DNA of 59,562 nucleotides, the filler included, from Dugesia japonica (Eukaryota): NCBI GenBank assembly GCA_001938525.1. It is 5 parts of 5 records of this genome, joined end to end, with 100 filler letters (N's around TTAATTAATTAA, not from the genome) between each part and the next. Parts side by side here need not be neighbours in the genome. Positions count along the whole stretch, not along the records: positions 42,034 to 59,562 come from MQRL01606052.1; 4 more parts are not named here. One strand, written 5' to 3'. This document shows, piece by piece, positions 50,421 through 59,562 of this stretch. A model generated the notes under the pieces. That model made no database searches. It was not told where the DNA came from and worked only from the letters and a program-made list of their open reading frames with translations. Every line of letters begins with the position of its first letter. The stretch's first letter is position 1. Both the position numbers and the translations under genes were made by a program.

Positions 50421-51859
50421 TATGTATTCTTAGCTATTCCATTTCATTTTTGCGGGCGCCACACTCGTCGATTTTTTCGGGAATTACTAATTTTATTTTC
50501 TATCTTTTTATTTTATATTTATTTCTATTTAAATAATATTTTACTATGTTAATAAAATATTTTAATGTCGAAATTTTGTTTGAAAAAAATACGAAATTTG
50601 ATGTTTTGTAGAAGTCATCTCAGCAAATAGGAAAAGTATTACTGAAAATACTGTGTTGATTTCAGAAATCTAAGTTTGAAAGTTGTAGCTTCATCAAAAA
50701 CAAAATTTCAACTAATTAGATTCCATGATTTTGGAAATTTCTAAAAATAAGCCAATATGCGTGACAAGACAGGTTACGATAAATGTAGCCAATAGAATTT
50801 GTTAGAAGATAAAACGATGTCTGTCAGTAAATAGAAGAGTAATGGCATATTTAAAACTAAACATAAGCACGATTGCCATTTTCTTAAAATTCAATTAAAA
50901 ACAAATTCACTTTCAAAATACTAATAGAAGTGAATGAAATTCTTAACTTTGTAACGGTTTCAGATTTCAGGTTTATTAAATAATTTTGAAAAGAAAATGA
51001 AAGGGCAACCGGGAGAGATGAGAAAAATTTGGTTAACCTATAGATGTGCTTTATAAGTAAACATATACCGTGATGGTGTGTGGAAATACATCACTGATGT
51101 GTGCAATAGTGAGGAACCATAGGATTACAGCGTGCTTTATGGTTAGTTGGGGAGAATATTGGCACGATTAGAATATTTATGTTTCCCTAAGGAATTACAT
51201 TTGATTTCTCATTTTTATGTAAGCTGATATGTTATGATTTAATAATTACTTAAATTGTAGAGAAGCATTTTATTTGATAATTCAAAAATGATTTTTTTAT
51301 ATTATTCATTTGTAGTAATGTTGGGCTTCTAGGTTTTGATTTTGATTCCGTTTATTCTTTTCCTGGTTCTTTCCGTGTCTTTCCATTTTCATCAGTTATA
51401 TATCTCTTCTAAGGGTAGATACCACGAAGTCGGAGAAATTTGTCAACCCCTCGTGTGTTGATCATATACTCCGCGTTTCATGCAGGACTATGCGGTATAC
51501 CGTCTTTAGAAAGTCCTCGTGATGTTAATGCTGCTCAGTTATAATTTATTCGCTCGGTATTAATTTATTTATTCGGATGAACAAGTCAAATACATTCTTC
51601 ACGATAATACATTTATTGATACATTTCAAGGTGCTCAAGAAATCGCTGACTTAGTAATTATGCATTTTGATTCTGACACGGTTTTCTTGGAATCTTATTC
51701 TTTTAACAGTGTACGGACATTTACTAGCAAGGATGCTTCTCAATCAATAAAGCCTTTTACTATATCGACTAACATACAGTTGTTAATGATGATGGTGAGT
51801 TCTCTTTGGCGGCTCACACTCACACGGTCTCGTAATCTGGCCATTTTCCTCTTCAATAC

Positions 51860-52144
51860 CACAATCTTCTCTTTGGACTCTTAATCTCTTTACAAAGTCT
51901 TTTTAATTACGCTCTACTGGTGACTTGCTCCGCAAACAACTCTCATCTGCTCGTTTTCTGCTCTCAGGTCAGTGAGCTTTAAGTCCTTTAACCGGAACCG
52001 ATCTTGGATCATACACCAGGGTTTTTGGTCGTATTTATATTCTACGATGGAGTCCCTTAGGTTTGGAGGTTTATTCGGTGGTGAGGAGAATAAACATCCT
52101 GAAAGTGATTGTCAGGCCTCCGATGATGATATTTTCCGGGACAT
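51860..52144 (-). pseudogene. Orphan coiled-coil-like protein pseudogene, homologous to 1891-2369
   Basis: MSRKISSSEA*QSLSGCLFSSPPNKPPNLRDS...KPWCMIQDRFRLKDL... Confidence 0.5.
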
Positions 52145-52806
52145 TCATAATGATGAACTCAATCCTATGAATGAATCTTTTTATAGCAATTGTTTATAGT
52201 AGCACATTATACTTATATGTTTATTTATCGGAATTATGCTTTAGTAGCACGGAAGTGACATTTCCGCGGATGAAGCTGAGTTACAGATTACTTTAAGGAA
52301 AATCTCACTTCTCTACTTCTGACTGAGATATGATTTAACACATGTATTTAAATTTTATATTGATCTATTTATTTATATTTATGTTCATTATCAGGTCTCA
52401 GGAGATAACTGCACACACCGACATACACCCAATTATTTAAAGTGATTTTCCCGGAGACTATTTATTGATAATTATCCATTGTTATAAGCATTGCATAATT
52501 CAGTTAAAATCTATTAATCAAACTCAAAAATAACTGAATTCTATGATTATAAGTTATTACTCAAGGTGTCAAAAAATCGTCAATGCATTTTAGGTTATAA
52601 CATATCATGAATTAGGTTGTCACATATGAAATGTCCGATTTTAGATCTCGTTTTCTAAACTAATATATTTTTATGTAATATTTAACATTTAGAACTTATT
52701 TATATATTCTTTTGAAGTTGGCGCAAAATGTAAAATGTTACAGTGTAAAAATGCGCCCCGCGGGGCGCAAAATGTAATTTGCAAGGCATGCGTGCCTCGG
52801 AAAAAT

Positions 52807-53418
52807 CTAGAACAAATCATCTAACATTTCATCTGTCTCTTTGTTTACATAAAAATAATTATACTTTGTTTTCCAATGAAGATTTACCTCATAATCATAT
52901 TCTGTTTTGTTAGTGAAAATATTTGAAAATAATTCATGATACACATTGTCTCTATCTGTTTTATTTAGTTTAAAGAAAGTGTAACAATTTAAATTATTCC
53001 TTACAGAATTTTTATCGAGATGATAATATGTTTGGGAAATATAAATTACATTACAGTTTGAATGTCTTCCAAGTATGAAATACCTTTTTTGAATCTCTTG
53101 ATTTTTCTCATTAACAACATCATCAAATATTATTAAGTTTATTGGAACTATATTTTGATTTTCAAACATTAAAATAATTTCTTGTTTAGTTAACCCATTT
53201 TCAAAACCAATGTAAAGTAATTGAAGTTCAAATTGATTGATTGTTGTTGAATAAAAAATTAAAACATCATAACCTAAAAATTCTGGAGTTAATAACATTT
53301 TCATTAATAAAAAATTTTTCCCACAACCTGATGAACCTGTCATTAAAAGTCTAAAATTATTCGGCAATACTTTAATATTAAAAGTTGTTAAATTTTTATT
53401 CCAGATATACGAAGCCAT
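52807..53418 (-). CDS. Packaging ATPase with internal deletion
   Basis: GSSGCGKN, LIIFDDVVNEKNQ and LGRH; lacks ~50 aa relative to 35940-36710. Confidence 0.85.
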   Translation of the reverse strand: MASYIWNKNLTTFNIKVLPNNFRLLMTGSSGCGKNFLLMKMLLTPEFLGYDVLIFYSTTINQFELQLLYIGFENGLTKQEIILMFENQNIVPINLIIFDDVVNEKNQEIQKRYFILGRHSNCNVIYISQTYYHLDKNSVRNNLNCYTFFKLNKTDRDNVYHELFSNIFTNKTEYDYEVNLHWKTKYNYFYVNKETDEMLDDLF

Positions 53419-53554
53419 TTTTTATATGTTAAATTTTAGGCCATGCATGGCCCACTTTTTATTTTACACTTTAGATTTTTCACTTTAGATTTCGGGCCAC
53501 GCCTGGCCCACTTTTCACTTTAGATTTTAGCATGGCCCACTTTTCACCGTTGGT

Positions 53555-54154
53555 TTACATTCCGAGTTTTGATTTCATTGCATTAATAACCTTTGTCTGA
53601 TTTTCAACTATAATTTTTAAACTTTCACTATTTTTCTTGTCCTTTTCTTTTTTATTACTAGATATCAACTCATGAACTTCATTTACCATATTTTTACTTG
53701 TCATCAATTCATCATCAGTTAAAATTTCATCATTGACGGCTTTCTGACGAAATAGAAATAATTTATTTTTAACAGCATCAAGTTTCTTAATTAACTTTTC
53801 ATATCTTTCCTTTTTAGATTTTATTAAAGATGAATTTAATGTTCCAATATCAGGCAACATGGAACTTGTGCCTGTCAATATCGGTATACCAATTGCTGAC
53901 AACAGTATTCCAACTGGTGCAATTAAAATTATACCTCCAATTCCAATTCCAACACTAACAATTATTTGTGTATATTTTATTGATGAGTCTATTCTTTCCC
54001 ATCTTCTATGTATTTTCTTATAATGTTTTATTTTATCTTTTATCAAGTAAAGGCCATTCTCAAAATCTTTTATTCTAGATAATACAAGTTTATTTTTTAA
54101 ATCTAAAATCGTATATTCTTCGTGTAAACTAGGATATAACTTTTCACTCTCCAT
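53555..54154 (-). CDS. Polinton membrane protein with a glycine-rich hydrophobic hairpin
   Basis: LYPSL N-terminus, helical region, IIVSVGIGIGGIILIAPVGILLSAIGIPIL and C-terminal AVND.ILT.DE; resembles a recurrent Polinton ORF (probably the one termed GasderminX in adintovirus annotations). Confidence 0.65.
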   Translation of the reverse strand: MESEKLYPSLHEEYTILDLKNKLVLSRIKDFENGLYLIKDKIKHYKKIHRRWERIDSSIKYTQIIVSVGIGIGGIILIAPVGILLSAIGIPILTGTSSMLPDIGTLNSSLIKSKKERYEKLIKKLDAVKNKLFLFRQKAVNDEILTDDELMTSKNMVNEVHELISSNKKEKDKKNSESLKIIVENQTKVINAMKSKLGM

Positions 54155-54156
54155 TT

Positions 54157-56531
54157 TTATAGTGGATAATTTGGTGATTTTTCAAAATCATTTCTTCCAA
54201 AAGATATTTGAAGAAAGGAAATACCTTTTGGCAAAATTATTATAATAGATTTTATATTCTTATCTTTAGTAATTCTAGTGCTTACTACTTTAATATCAAT
54301 TAAATCACCAGCTATGAGACATAAAAATGTTTCTTGAATATTATTAATTTTAATGATGTAATTAAATCTTTTTACTTTAGAATAACCAAGAATCCGAATA
54401 TAAATTTTATAATTAATATTTACTGTTAAATTAATAGTAAATGGTTCATCAAAACGATAATAAAAGTTATTTCTAATTTTTATCATTTCACCTTTTCTTA
54501 TAAAATCTATATCTGTAAGTTGAAATATTTCAGATGAAAAAGTAAACCGTGGCAAATCACCATCTTTAGCTGAAATTAAAAATACTACATTATCATTTAA
54601 AGTAATATTGTTAAAAGGTAAATAATTATCAAATAAGTGTTTTATGCTTTTAACTTCTTGTTTTTTAAATAAAATATTAAATTTATCAATATAAATTTTA
54701 TGAAGTCTTGGTTTTATTGTTTCAAATTCTTTCTTTGAGAATTCTATAGTTATATCCTTTAAATAAATTCCTTTTGGTAAAATTATGTTAATAAAGTTTA
54801 TATTAATATGTTTATTAATTTCATTGCTTTCTCGGAAAATTTTTATAATATCATCTTTAGCCTTAACATATAAAAATGATACTGCAATATGATTAATTCT
54901 AATGGTACAATGAAAATTTTTAATTTCACAATAACCTTCTATAGTTATACCAACTATTCCATTAATATTTGTATGTAAAGAAATATTAAAAGATTCTTCA
55001 AGATAGAAATAATGATTTACGAGTCCCTTTGGGATTTTACCCTTTCTTTTAAAATCTAAATTATAAACAAATTTACCCATAATAGAAAACTGAGGAAGAA
55101 CATAATGACAGATAATTGAAAATATTATTTTATTAGTTTGTATAAAAACATAAGGCAAGTAATTATCAATTAATTCTCTTAAACTTTTAAGTGTTACATC
55201 AGAAAATGTTTCTTTATATGTTTTAAACAAAATATTAATTCTGTCAACATGAATTTTATGAAGTTTTGATTTTATTGTTTCAAATTCTTTATTTAATTTA
55301 TCAATAATTTTCAATTTAAACAAATTAACAGTTAAATCATGTAAATAAATTCCTTTTGGTAAAATTATTTCAACATAATTTATTTTTATATCTTTATTAA
55401 TTTCAGTGCTTTCTCGAAAGATTTTAATACTATTATCTTCGCGTTTATATGTAAACCCCATTGCAATATGATAAATTTTAATGATGTAATCAAAACGTTC
55501 AATTTCAGAATAACCCCTTATGTCTATACTAATTTTTTCATTTATCTTTGTGTGTAAAAAAATAGTTAAAGGTTCTTGAAGATAAAAATATTGAATGTAT
55601 GACACAAGTTTCATTTCACCTTTTCTTTAAAAATCTAAATTATTTACATATTTACTCATAACAGAAATTTGAGGAGGAGGTTCATGTTTTACATAACAGA
55701 TAATTGAAAATATTATTTTATTAGTTTGTATAAAAACATAAGGCAAGTAATTATCTATTAACGCTCTTAAACTTTTAAGTAATGAATCTGAAAGGGTTTC
55801 TTTATAAGTTTCAAATAAAACATTAATTTTATCATCGTAGATTTTATGTTGTCTTAATTTCACTATTTTAATTTCTTTAAGTATTTTTAAAATTTAGGTC
55901 TAAAATTTTCTATATATAATTTAATTATGTCAATGATATAAAAATAGTGTTCAAAAGTTTTCTTATCTAAATCGAAAGGTAATTTATCAATTTTATTATC
56001 CAATACGAGAATTTCTTTTTTAATTTTCCAACTTAAATCCTCATCAAGTAATTTTTTTAAACTAAGAAATAAAACAATTCTTTTAAATGGAAAAATTTCT
56101 GATTTTATTCTTTTTATTTCAGAGTTTATATTGTCTAATGTTTCCTGATTACAGTTTTTTGTTAGATTTTTAATTTTCTCATTTACAGTAGTAAGTTCTT
56201 CAGATAAATCTATATTATTTAATTTGTTTAATTCGTTGGCTTTAAATTGAAAATAAACTTACCTAATTGTGGATTTATCAATTTTTAAAACTCATGTGAA
56301 AATTAATTCATGACTCTGTAATTTATCTTCAAGTTGTTTTATATATTTTAAATTAACAGCATCTGAGAGATCTTTAGGATCGTCTGTTATTTTTAAAGAT
56401 GTAATCGTATCACCTGTTTCATTTACATATTTATTTTCATTTTCAGCATTTGATTTTCTAATTTTAGCATAGACATGTTTTATTAATTGTGAATTATTTA
56501 CAGTGAATAAACTTTCACCGAACTTATTCAT
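54157..56531 (-). pseudogene. Putative fibre/spike protein with three tandem ~185-aa domains (ORFs 56292-56531, 55627-55863, 54157-55614)
   Basis: MNKFG start and a GDTIT...DPKDLSDAVNLKYI motif, then three repeats each beginning HKIxxDxxNxLF; a single in-frame TAA at 55627 separates the last two ORFs. Confidence 0.6.
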
Positions 56532-56551
56532 CAGTTTCTTAATAAACTAAT

Positions 56552-56959
56552 TTACCCAAGAGTGTCATATAAATTTTTCATTTCAGATATTATTTCATCA
56601 AACTTTTTTCAATTATTTATTGAATATAAAAAATAAATACACAAGATACCACAAATTTTTAAATCAAAATGTTGAACTTGAATTTTATTTTATTTCCTGG
56701 TAAATTTTTCAATTTGTTCAAAAGGTTTTAAACAAAAAGAGTCAAAATACTGCCCATTTGTGTAACATGTCCAATATGTTCCTTTTTGATTTGTATTTTG
56801 ATAATTAAAAATGTAATTTATTTCCTTTAATTTTTTAGGTATTTCATTTTTCATATAAATCTCTAACTGTATTTGTAAAAAGTCAGCAATAGCATATAAA
56901 TCAAAATTTGTTGTTGTGTTAATTCCAAATGTTCTCAAGAAATCAATTAAATTATACAT
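56552..56959 (-). pseudogene. Adenain-type protease pseudogene
   Basis: Homologous to 33154-33678; catalytic His replaced (GTYWT), two in-frame stops, then QVQ..KICGILCIYFLY. Confidence 0.85.
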
Positions 56960-56966
56960 CTGTTTC

Positions 56967-57632
56967 TTAAAGTCGATATTTACGTAAATGAACTAAAATT
57001 GAAATCATTTCTTGGTTAAAATCTATTGTGTTAAAGTTTTCATCTACAATGTTAAATCTTAAACTGTCAATGTTTTTTGTATAAATTTTAGAATAAATCG
57101 TAACAGATGGTCTTTCGATTATTTTAAATCCAAAAGGTACCGTATTAATTGGAAATGAATATAAAAGATTAATTTGTTCCGTGTTATTTTTTGCAGATTT
57201 AACATAATTACTTTTAACAATATTGCAAGTTATATTTATCATGTTAATATGTGAAATGTCAATTTTATTATCTGANTAATAATTTCCTGGTGGATAAGCA
57301 TTTACTTTAAAACCCAAGATTTTATGAAAGAAAGATTTATCATCAAAGGTTAATAAGTTTTTTGTTTTCATGTTACATTTTGTTGTTGAAGTGTCAGCTG
57401 AAATTTCTATTCCATATTTTTCTAATCTTGATTATATTTCTTTTATTTCATAAGCTCCAGGTTCGATTTTATCATTGTTGAATTTATTATTAAAATTTGT
57501 GATGTTAAAAATAATATTGTAACATGTAAAACAAATTAATCCAAGTTCATATTCTGAATCTAATTCTATAGGAAATTTTAAATCTAATTTTAAATCTTGT
57601 TCATGACCAACTACTAAAAATTGATGTGACAT
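56967..57632 (-). pseudogene. Minor capsid protein (penton), interrupted
   Basis: MSHQFL...IEPGAYEI and ITCNIV...VPFGFKIIERP...IVDENFNTIDF..LVHLRK; homologous to 33700-34385. Confidence 0.85.
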
Positions 57633-57640
57633 GCTATTTC

Positions 57641-58499
57641 TTAAGAGAAATATTTAGTTTTATATTTATCATAAATCATGTTAGATATTAAACCCATCAT
57701 CTTTAATTTTTTACATACACTTTTAATTTCTTCATNNNNNNNNNNNNNNNNNNNNNNNNNNNNNNNNNNTAATAATGTTAACTTTTCAAATAAACTTATT
57801 GGTGAAATGGCTTCTCCACTACTTTCTTTATTTGTTTCTGATATATATTCTGATTTGGATTCTTCTTCTTGTGGTTGTACTTTAGCTATTTTTTTCTTTA
57901 AGGCTTTACATTAACACTTACTTTTTTAAATTTCTTTTTTAAAATTGAACAATAATCACTATTGGTTGGTGCAGGAGTGATAAGTTTATTTAAATAAATA
58001 TCAACATCTTCAGGTGTTTCTGTCCCATCTATATTTCCTAAAATTAATCTAAATATTCCATCGATGTATGGTATAACTTCAAATTTAAATAAGAAATTTT
58101 TATTTCCTTCTTCAAATAAATAAATTTTATTTTCTTTTAAAGTTATTTCCATAAAACTTTTTATATTATCAGTAGCAACAACATTTAATCTAGAGAATTT
58201 AGGAATAATTGTTTGGCTTAACTTTCCATTAGCATCAATGTTTTCAATTGAGTATTCAGGAATAAATGGAACTATTTTTTCATTTAAAAGAATTTTGACA
58301 AGTCTCTTGTTTCCATTATTTCTGGCTTCGTTGAAATTTTTTCTATTGCTGTAATTGTTGGTTTTTGTAAAATAGATAAGTTGCTTTGTAATTCTCTTGA
58401 TTCAATAACATTATCACAGAAAAAATCATTATATTTCTTTTGAGCTTTAATTAAAGCTTTTAATTCTATAATTCTATCTTCAACTTCTTTTGTATTCAT
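57641..58499 (-). pseudogene. Homolog of the 277-aa Polinton protein, fragmented
   Basis: DRIIELKALIKAQKKY aligns with DRIKILKDQIKAREKY, and SPISLFEKL with NPIKLLEKF; syntenic between PZ and penton. Confidence 0.7.
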
Positions 58500-58510
58500 T
58501 TGCTATTTCT

Positions 58511-59002
58511 TTAAGGATTTTTATATGGATTTAAATATAATCCATTGCCATCATGAGCTATTTGTATTCCATCTTTAAACTTTTTTGTTAAATCTTTTAA
58601 GTTGGAATCTTCAATGATATTCTTTAAATATTTATGTATGGCTGAACCTTGATAAAGTGTTAAATAAATTCCTTCTCCTTTTTGGGCTTCGCTTGCTTTT
58701 TTATCTAATGCCTGTATTTCTTTTGGTGCTTTGATTGCTTGCCTTGAATTTGTGACGGTCGATGCAATGCTAGATTCAACGCCAGCTGTTCCAGCCAAGG
58801 CTGCGATAATTGCTGGAATTGCGGCCAAAAATGCAAAGCCGCCTTCATGTTTTTGTTTTTTGAGTTCGTCTTTTACTTTTTTTCTGATATAATAATTTTT
58901 ACCGTCAATCTTTACTGATTTACATTTCTTTGAATTNATTATTTTCTCTAATTCTTCTTCTGTTGGATTTGCTGCACTCGTTACACTCGTTGGATTTGTC
59001 AT
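58511..59002 (-). CDS. PZ-like / pX-like precursor
   Basis: EGG|FAFLAAIPAIIAALAG, GEGIYL, YQGSAIHKYLK and GNGLYLNPY shared with 35321-35914. Confidence 0.8.
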   Translation of the reverse strand: MTNPTSVTSAANPTEEELEKIXNSKKCKSVKIDGKNYYIRKKVKDELKKQKHEGGFAFLAAIPAIIAALAGTAGVESSIASTVTNSRQAIKAPKEIQALDKKASEAQKGEGIYLTLYQGSAIHKYLKNIIEDSNLKDLTKKFKDGIQIAHDGNGLYLNPYKNP

Positions 59003-59093
59003 AATGCTTTACTATTTTCTATAATAAAAATATACATTCTAATTTTTTATTTATCAAGTCTAATCTTAAATGCCAATCTTCATATGTTTCACA

Positions 59094-59562
59094 TTAATAT
59101 TCATTTCTGTGTGGCCATGTTCTTGTTCCATTATCTTCTATAATTCTTTTATCACTATATCCTGTTAAAGTTATTTGCTTTTGACTGGTTATTTGAATTT
59201 CATGTAATTCTGATTTTAATGAATAATTTGTTCCATAAATTATTTCATTTGGATTTTCTAAAACACTATCAAATTCTTTCATTCCAATTTTATTGAAAGA
59301 TTGTACACCTTTATGTTTTTTCTGAAATTTAATACCTTCATTTCCTTGGTGGGCTTCTTGTTGGGCTTCGCTATATTCATAAGCATAAGATTTTGGTTTT
59401 ATAAAATCACATTTAAGTATTTCATTATTAGGCATTTCATCTTTCATTTGAAATAGTTCATTTCCAGTTAATCCATTTAATTTTTCTAAATTATCTCTTC
59501 CAATTATCTCTACAAAGCCGCTATCAGTATTTTTTATTATTAATGGAAATCCACAATTAATC
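59094..59562 (-). CDS. pPolB C-terminus (5' part outside the window)
   Basis: FQMKDEM, KPKSYAY, KKHKGV, NYSLKS.LH and SDKRII...TWP, a typical pPolB C-terminal sequence. Confidence 0.85.
   Translation of the reverse strand, partial: INCGFPLIIKNTDSGFVEIIGRDNLEKLNGLTGNELFQMKDEMPNNEILKCDFIKPKSYAYEYSEAQQEAHQGNEGIKFQKKHKGVQSFNKIGMKEFDSVLENPNEIIYGTNYSLKSELHEIQITSQKQITLTGYSDKRIIEDNGTRTWPHRNEY

Larger units (their letters stand above)
52718..59562 (-). mobile_element. Second family-B-like Polinton, decayed, running off the window end
   Basis: Co-oriented pPolB C-terminus, PZ, 277-aa homolog, penton, protease, fibre-like gene, TM protein and ATPase, most with clear homology to genes in 30744-41573; no TIR identified. 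Confidence 0.9.

Noticed and set aside
50452-50462. TGGCGCCCG on the minus strand as a tRNA-Lys primer-binding site
   Set aside because: Only a 9-nt match, with no LTR pair or gag/pol motifs nearby.

Overview
Very AT-rich animal (metazoan) genomic DNA, assembled from five segments joined by an artificial 100-nt spacer (44 N + TTAATTAATTAA + 44 N, at 10314-10413, 19963-20062, 30074-30173 and 41934-42033). Linkage across these spacers is therefore not biological. Only two host genes are recognisable: AJM1-like (16749-19663, -) and TMEM161 (23201-24687, -, one 44-bp intron). The rest is dominated by mobile DNA: hAT and mariner remnants and five Polinton/Maverick (adintovirus-like) loci. The centrepiece is a compact 10.8-kb Polinton with both termini (30744-41573), ~370-410-bp TIRs and a perfect 6-bp TSD (GACGTG). 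It sits inside the major capsid gene of a different Polinton family, whose reading frame is restored when the insert is removed. All of its genes are co-oriented. It encodes a Zn-finger/PLA2/integrase polyprotein whose domains are separated by canonical adenain cleavage sites, and a protease that runs in frame into a pPolB lacking its N-terminal region. A related but decayed Polinton with a different gene order and a fibre-like protein with three tandem domains occupies 52.7-59.6 kb. All protein assignments come from motif recognition by eye; no database searches were run.
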